From contig OZ242326.1 in the NCBI GenBank assembly GCA_965208325.1, forward strand, positions 4,096,001 through 4,160,000: a stretch of DNA of 64,000 nt, in the 5' to 3' direction. A model generated the notes under the pieces. It was not told where the DNA came from. It was given only the letters and a program-made list of their open reading frames with translations, and searched no databases. Below, in pieces: positions 58,659-64,000 of the stretch (the first letter of the stretch is position 1; each line of letters begins with the position of its first letter). The position numbers were made by a program, and so were the translations under genes. This DNA is from Candidatus Poribacteria bacterium (GTDB taxonomy: Bacteria > Poribacteria > WGA-4E > PCPOR2b).

Positions 58659-59608
58659 ACAACAAAAACGATTACATCGAAGCCGCTCACCAGATCATTA
58701 TTTCGCTAGGTCTTCCACGGGCGCAACAAAACGAGCGTTCCGCTCTTTGTTTGCTGGCACTCCTGAACCTCACGCCAGGCAAAATTTGGGTCGACGCCGA
58801 AAACCCGCTTTTAGGTATCACGCCCATCATGGATTGGGTGCGGGAGCACTACGACAAGGAATATGCACCGAACACCCGTGAGACAATTCGTCGCCAAACA
58901 ATGCACCAGTTCTGTGATGCCGGTATCGCGCTTTACAACCCGGACAGGCCGGATCGCCCAATAAATAGCCCGAAAACAGTCTATCAAATTGAACCCGCAG
59001 CGTTGGTTCTGCTTCGTACCTTTAACTCTCCCGCATGGCATGATGCACTGACGACCTATCTGGCCCAGCGCGAAACTCTGATAGTCCGCTACGCTAAGGA
59101 GCGGAAGCAGAATCTTATCCCAGTTAAGATTTCACCGGGAAAGGAAATCACTCTTAGCCCCGGCGAGCACAGCGAATTGATTCGAGCCATCATTGAGGAC
59201 TTCGCTCCACGATTCGCTCCGGGTAGCGTACTGGTCTATGTTGGCGATACCGGAGACAAGTGGGGTTATTTTGACGTGGGTCTACTGGCCGAACTTGGGG
59301 TCCGTGTGGATTCCCACGGCAAGATGCCTGATGTAGTTCTGTACTTTACTGAGAAGGATTGGTTGCTCTTGGTTGAGTCGGTTACCAGCCATGGTCCCGT
59401 TGATGGCAAGCGACATAGTGAACTCACTAATCTCTTTGCCAAGTCAAAGATTGGACTAGTTTATATTAGTGCTTTCCCAAATCTCGCCATCATGGGACAG
59501 TATCTCGGCGAAATCGCTTGGGAAACGGAAGTGTGGGTCGCCGATACTCCATCGCATCTAATCCATTTTGACGGTGCCCGTTTCCTTGGACCATACAATT
59601 CGCTCTAA
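58655..59608 (+). CDS. BsuBI/PstI-family type II restriction endonuclease
   Basis: YAPNTRETIRRQTMHQF, LSPGEHS, HGKMPDVV, ESVTSHGP, IAWETEVW; 4-bp overlap with the MTase gene. Confidence 0.92.
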   Translation: MNNKNDYIEAAHQIIISLGLPRAQQNERSALCLLALLNLTPGKIWVDAENPLLGITPIMDWVREHYDKEYAPNTRETIRRQTMHQFCDAGIALYNPDRPDRPINSPKTVYQIEPAALVLLRTFNSPAWHDALTTYLAQRETLIVRYAKERKQNLIPVKISPGKEITLSPGEHSELIRAIIEDFAPRFAPGSVLVYVGDTGDKWGYFDVGLLAELGVRVDSHGKMPDVVLYFTEKDWLLLVESVTSHGPVDGKRHSELTNLFAKSKIGLVYISAFPNLAIMGQYLGEIAWETEVWVADTPSHLIHFDGARFLGPYNSL

Positions 59609-59830
59609 CAAGGCGCTGCACCGGAAAAATTTCAGAACCAAAGTCCGAATGAACTTGATAGTTAAAATGAAGATTTTGTTGAAAAACGCAATATACACCA
59701 AAGAATATCCAACAGAATTCATTGACCACACGGAATTTGAATTTCTATGCATCATCTGAACAATAAGTTCAAGTTGAGTAAAATCAGAAGACGAATCCAA
59801 CCTATACTACTTTTAAAGGAGAGAAAAATC

Positions 59831-60080
59831 ATCACGACAGTAACCCGAGTTATTATTGTTCGCGCCGGGAGAAGTTCGCAATAGAAACATCTGCAGGGTC
59901 GTCAATATGCCGAAGAGTTTTCTGTTAATCTACACGCTGGAGGCGGGCAAACATGTGATTCGCTAAAAGCCACTTGTAGGGAACGCAAACGATGGTCAAG
60001 CCATGGTCTACGCCCAAATGGTATCAGGAAAAGTGCTTCAGATTGGGATATAATTCCGTTTGGGGGCGAGTGCCGGGACG
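59831..60080 (+). pseudogene. Gfo/Idh/MocA oxidoreductase remnant
   Basis: After an AGGAG RBS: TRVIIVRAG..*KHL, then LEAGKHVIR*KPL..AMV..SGKVLQIGYN, with stops and deletions. Confidence 0.7.
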
Positions 60081-60178
60081 TTGCGTAAATTGTAACAGCA
60101 GAGTTATTGATTGCGATAGAACGCGGTATAGGTTAAGCCATATCTGGAAATTTCGCACATAGCGTGAAGAGATCTATT

Positions 60179-60225
60179 TGCCCTAAACGGTTCAGGTCTC
60201 TTGACATCTTGCACCAAATTGTGCA
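60179..60225. promoter_or_regulatory. Tandem enhancer sites matching 7573-7619
   Basis: TGCCCTAAACGGTTCA-N15-TGCACCAAATTGTGCA. Confidence 0.65.
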
Positions 60226-60355
60226 GCCGCGCTTTTTGAATTTGAGGGAAAAAAATTACTCCGCACCGCTACAAAAAGGACAAAACAAACGTCAGCACCT
60301 GATTACAGCCATGAGCGAAAGCACGCCAAAACTCTGTGTATAAAAATATAATGTA

Positions 60356-60372
60356 TTGGCACATTAATTGCG
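60356..60372 (+). promoter_or_regulatory. Sigma54 promoter
   Basis: TTGGCACATTAATTGCG (GG-N10-GC), about 80 bp before ATG 60455. Confidence 0.75.
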
Positions 60373-60454
60373 TTAACATATGGCAGTTTGAGAGGAAACG
60401 GTCCACATGCTAGATTACTAAAGAGCATCTTTACAGAGACTAAGGAGGATCAAA

Positions 60455-61273
60455 ATGTTCTCAAAGACTGCTGTCGCCGCTTTCGTTTTAACGGTTATCG
60501 CATTGGCGGTTTTCCCTGTTAATGAAGTAAAAGCTCAGGAATACGTAGCTAGGGACCTCATGGGCTATTGGACGATGGACAAGGCAAATATTGATGGGCA
60601 AATCGTCAAAGATATTTCGGGAAAAAACAATCATGGAGTAATTATCGGAAATCCCCAAAGCGTCAGTGGAATAATTGGGGAAGCTCTCGATTTTGACGGG
60701 GTGGATGATTTTGTCGCCCTGCCGGATTTGGGGCGTGAACATGAAGTGACGGTAGAGGTCTGGGCAAGTGGCGATCAGCCTTTCCAAGTTAATGGGTTGG
60801 TTTCTACGTCCGTTATCCCGGAAAAAATGCCGGGAAGCGTTGTGACCTTCAGCGTTAGATTCAATCGAATCGACCTCCACATAAAGTACACGGGCGGCTA
60901 TATGTCGCACCAAGGCGGTTTAGTAAAACCGCACACGTGGTATCACTTTGCCTATACTGCCGACTTGATTAAACCGTTCGGTGAGCAATTCGCGGTGTAC
61001 ATTAATGGTAGCGACGGGATCGGGGGAATTCACGGCGTGCAGGAGTTCCCAAACGTTGAAAAGCCGCCAATCAATCTCACGCGGCTCAGAATCGGAAGCG
61101 AGCTCAAGGGCAGGTACTTTCCCGGTATCCTTGATGAAGTCCGTATCTATAATCGCGCATTAACGCAGGAAGAGATACAGCAAAATTTTGAGTACAGAAA
61201 CAATGCACTGGCGGTTGATGCCGCGGGAAAGCTGGCCGTCACTTGGGGCGCGATGAGGAACTCACAGAATTAA
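60455..61273 (+). CDS. Secreted LamG-like protein
   Basis: Signal peptide, YWTMD, ALDFDGVDDFV, WYHFAYT, FPGILDEVRIYNRAL, tail VDAAGKLAVTWGAMR. Confidence 0.88.
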   Translation: MFSKTAVAAFVLTVIALAVFPVNEVKAQEYVARDLMGYWTMDKANIDGQIVKDISGKNNHGVIIGNPQSVSGIIGEALDFDGVDDFVALPDLGREHEVTVEVWASGDQPFQVNGLVSTSVIPEKMPGSVVTFSVRFNRIDLHIKYTGGYMSHQGGLVKPHTWYHFAYTADLIKPFGEQFAVYINGSDGIGGIHGVQEFPNVEKPPINLTRLRIGSELKGRYFPGILDEVRIYNRALTQEEIQQNFEYRNNALAVDAAGKLAVTWGAMRNSQN

Positions 61274-61550
61274 GTGCCTATGATTATATTGTGGTGCAAG
61301 ATGAGTTGCTTTAGCTCCCGATTCATGAGGTAGAACCGAACGGCGATCTCTGCCTGCGGACATTGGTGTTGCAGTGGTCAAACTCAGGCTTACATTCCGT
61401 AGAGAAAATACGCAAAAATCAGAGTATTAAGGAATGCGGAGTTTTTTGGTGTGTGTTAAGAAGAAACGATTATTTTCGCTCTTTCCAAACCATTGTATTA
61501 TCGTATATAATAATGCGGAACAAACCTAAAACCCAAAAAGGAGAAAAAAA

Positions 61551-62360
61551 GTGAAACACACGATTTTTATTGCATTAATCCTCTGTTTGACTCTCGCGTT
61601 CCAACTTGAAGACTCGGCGGCGCTCGAAGTTGACAAGGATGTAGTCCTCGCTATCACGTTTGACGAAGGAAAGGGTGATGTCGCCAAAGACCTGTCGCCG
61701 CACGGCAACGACGGCACGTTGCAACAGAAGGCGAAACGGGAAAAGGGAAAGTTTGGGCAGGCGATACGACTGGACGGTACGAACCAAGTCGAGGTTGAGA
61801 ACGACGACAGCCTCAGTCTACACAAATCCGATTTCACCATTGGGGTATGGCTCTATTTTGAGGAAGATCCGCCGAAAGGGAACCGGGGTTCTGCGGGCTT
61901 TACGCTGCTCGGACATGACGAGGGGGGCGGTTCCACAAACAAGTGGATTTGGTGGTATTCCGGAAACGGAATCGACTTCCACATCAATACCGCCGGCGGC
62001 GCGGGCGTCGCTTGGGTCGATTCCGAGCCGTGGGACCCCAAGCTAAAGCAGTGGTATCAGATGGTGCTCACCAAGGAGGGGAGGAAATACACTTATTATT
62101 TAGATGGAAAGCCGTTCGGAAGAGTGGATGACAACGTGGCAATCCCCGAAGAGATTGACCACGCGCTAAATATCGGCTGGTCGGAAGGCCCGTTCTTTTT
62201 CAACGGTATGCTCGACGAAGTCTTAATCGTTAAACGCGCCTTGAGCGCAGACGAGGTTGAAACGCACTTCGATGGCGGATTGAAAGGATTTCTCGCCGTT
62301 CACCCGCACGGAAAGATTAGCACCACATGGGGTAACCTGAAGGCAAGCGCATCAAATTGA
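61551..62360 (+). CDS. Secreted LamG-like protein (close paralog of 20211-21020)
   Basis: FDEGKGD..DLSPHGND, FNGMLDEV, tail VHPHGKISTTWGNLK. Confidence 0.88.
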   Translation: MKHTIFIALILCLTLAFQLEDSAALEVDKDVVLAITFDEGKGDVAKDLSPHGNDGTLQQKAKREKGKFGQAIRLDGTNQVEVENDDSLSLHKSDFTIGVWLYFEEDPPKGNRGSAGFTLLGHDEGGGSTNKWIWWYSGNGIDFHINTAGGAGVAWVDSEPWDPKLKQWYQMVLTKEGRKYTYYLDGKPFGRVDDNVAIPEEIDHALNIGWSEGPFFFNGMLDEVLIVKRALSADEVETHFDGGLKGFLAVHPHGKISTTWGNLKASASN

Positions 62361-62380
62361 TGTAGGTTGGGTAGATAAGC

Positions 62381-62896
62381 GTGAAAATGAAACGATTCAT
62401 TATCCTCATCTGCATCGTATTCACCTCAGCTTGCGGCGGGGTGAAGTTAATCGACATCTCAAAATCCTCATCCGCGCTGAACCTGTCATCGGAACAGCTA
62501 AATGTCATTTCGCCCAAAATTTCAGTCATTAGGGACATTGTCGAAGACTACAAATTTGAAAAAGACGTGTTAGAGTCGCACTACCACGGCTATCGCAGCG
62601 AAGCACGGATGGATCGATTGAGCCCGTACGAAGGCGACCGGAGAATGTATCGGCAGTCGGTGAGGGCACGACACGCGTTGAGAGCCAAGATTCGGGAGTT
62701 CATAGTTCAACGCAATGCGTACCTCAAGGAGATTGGCGGGCTCCTAAACGAAATTAAAGCCGCACTCACGCCCGAACAACTAACTCGGTTTGACGAACTC
62801 AAGATGCCGGACCTGAAACTACCGACGATGATAAAACCCAATCACTTCCGCGGCTTAGACGCAATGCCCGGTACATTTCCGTTTGGGCGCCTCTGA
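62381..62896 (+). CDS. Putative helical lipoprotein
   Basis: MKRFIILICIVFTSAC lipobox; LSSEQ and LTPEQ (LTXXQ/Spy-like) motifs. Confidence 0.6.
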   Translation: MKMKRFIILICIVFTSACGGVKLIDISKSSSALNLSSEQLNVISPKISVIRDIVEDYKFEKDVLESHYHGYRSEARMDRLSPYEGDRRMYRQSVRARHALRAKIREFIVQRNAYLKEIGGLLNEIKAALTPEQLTRFDELKMPDLKLPTMIKPNHFRGLDAMPGTFPFGRL

Positions 62897-63075
62897 GCGA
62901 AGCACACGCAGTTTGAGTAGATCGGATTTTTCCAAACCTGTTCTTGCGGCAAATGCCGTGCCTTACGCCGAACGGTGAGATTGCCAGATTAACCCGAGCG
63001 AACCCCAGCGCTTGTGTAAACACCAGGCGCAATAATTAAAATATTTCATCGCACCACTCAACCTAACCTAACTGG

Positions 63076-63792
63076 CTACGTAAAGAATTCCTCGTTATAC
63101 GGGCGCAAATCCAGCTCAAACGTCCATGAACTCCGCGGCTGCTGGGCAAGACTCCAATATGTCTCGGCAATCTCGTCCGGATCTAGGGTCGGTTCATCAT
63201 CGTCCAGCTGGTATCGGGTGCGCACGTCAGGTGTATTGATGATTCCGTCCACGATAATGTGAGCAACATGAATCCCTTGATGCCCAATCTCGCGCGCCAA
63301 CGCCCAGGCTAGACCGCGCACGGCAAATTTTGCGCTGCTAAACGCTATTGCCCCCGGTCGTCCGCGAATGGCTGAAGTTGCGCCGGTAAAGAGGATGGCC
63401 CCACCGCCCCGCTCCACCATATCGGGCACGGCTTCTTGTGCGCACAAAAACGCCCCCAGCGCGCACACACGCCAAGAATGCTCAAATGCATCGGGCGTCA
63501 ACTCAGAAAAATTGCCCCACGCGGCATTTCCGGCGTGGTTGACCAAAATATCGACGGGGCCCAACGTTTCTCGCACTGCCGAAAAGCTGCCCGTAATTTG
63601 AAGTGGGTCTGTAATGTCCGTCGGTAACGCGAGGCAAATCGTCCCCGCTTCCCGAAGTTCCGCAGCCAGCGCATCAATGTAACCCGAAGAACGTGCGAGC
63701 AGCGCTACGCGGCATCCTTCGCGCGCAAATTTTTTTGCTAAGGACGCTCCCAATCCGGCGCCGACACCGGCGATTACCGCTGTCTTTGACAT
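63076..63792 (-). CDS. Short-chain dehydrogenase/reductase
   Basis: AGVGAGLG, FTGATS, FSSAKF, HVAHIIVDG, WTFELDLRP. Confidence 0.92.
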   Translation of the reverse strand: MSKTAVIAGVGAGLGASLAKKFAREGCRVALLARSSGYIDALAAELREAGTICLALPTDITDPLQITGSFSAVRETLGPVDILVNHAGNAAWGNFSELTPDAFEHSWRVCALGAFLCAQEAVPDMVERGGGAILFTGATSAIRGRPGAIAFSSAKFAVRGLAWALAREIGHQGIHVAHIIVDGIINTPDVRTRYQLDDDEPTLDPDEIAETYWSLAQQPRSSWTFELDLRPYNEEFFT

Positions 63793-64000
63793 TTGAGTTT
63801 CCTTCCTCCAATTTCAGTGCAATGATTTTAGTTTCCATGTCTCCTGTAGGTTGGGTTAAGGTGGGTTTTACCAAATACATAGCCAAGCGAAACTACGCCG
63901 CGAACTTGAATTGGCGACATTGGCATATACCCGGAATAAAACCTAACGCATTTAGGGTTTTGCATAGCCTCAAATATACCAATCGCATTGTGCAACCAAA

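Overview
Bacterial chromosomal window of roughly 50% GC (judged by eye). It is most consistent with Candidatus Poribacteria; this is an inference from six secreted LamG-like proteins ending in a V-x4-K-L-x3-W-x2-[ILM]-K tail and from abundant GTAG-type REP repeats. Housekeeping content: uvrC, groES-groEL, mazG, the tRNA/tadA-SRP RNA-dnaX-ybaB-recR block, polX, two GT9 and one GT1 glycosyltransferases, ggt, a potA-like ATPase, and nine tRNA genes in two clusters. Accessory content: two LamG paralog clusters, a DUF4159 protein preceded by a decayed partial duplicate, an orphan sensor kinase and an orphan sigma54 activator, a candidate nucleotide-modification/defence cluster (Nmad-like fusion, DUF4268 nuclease, AlkB), and a BsuBI/PstI-type restriction-modification pair. 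Non-coding DNA is rich: two MITE-like families carrying REP cargo, a 7 x 145-bp tandem array, ~100-bp elements with fixed ends and unrelated interiors, three sigma54 promoters (two share an identically spaced tandem TGCA-N8-TGCA enhancer), and a candidate sRNA. The leading hypothesis is a PEP-CTERM-like sorting and regulatory system: a C-terminal tail plus a sigma54 enhancer regulon. All family calls come from motif recognition by eye; no searches were run.
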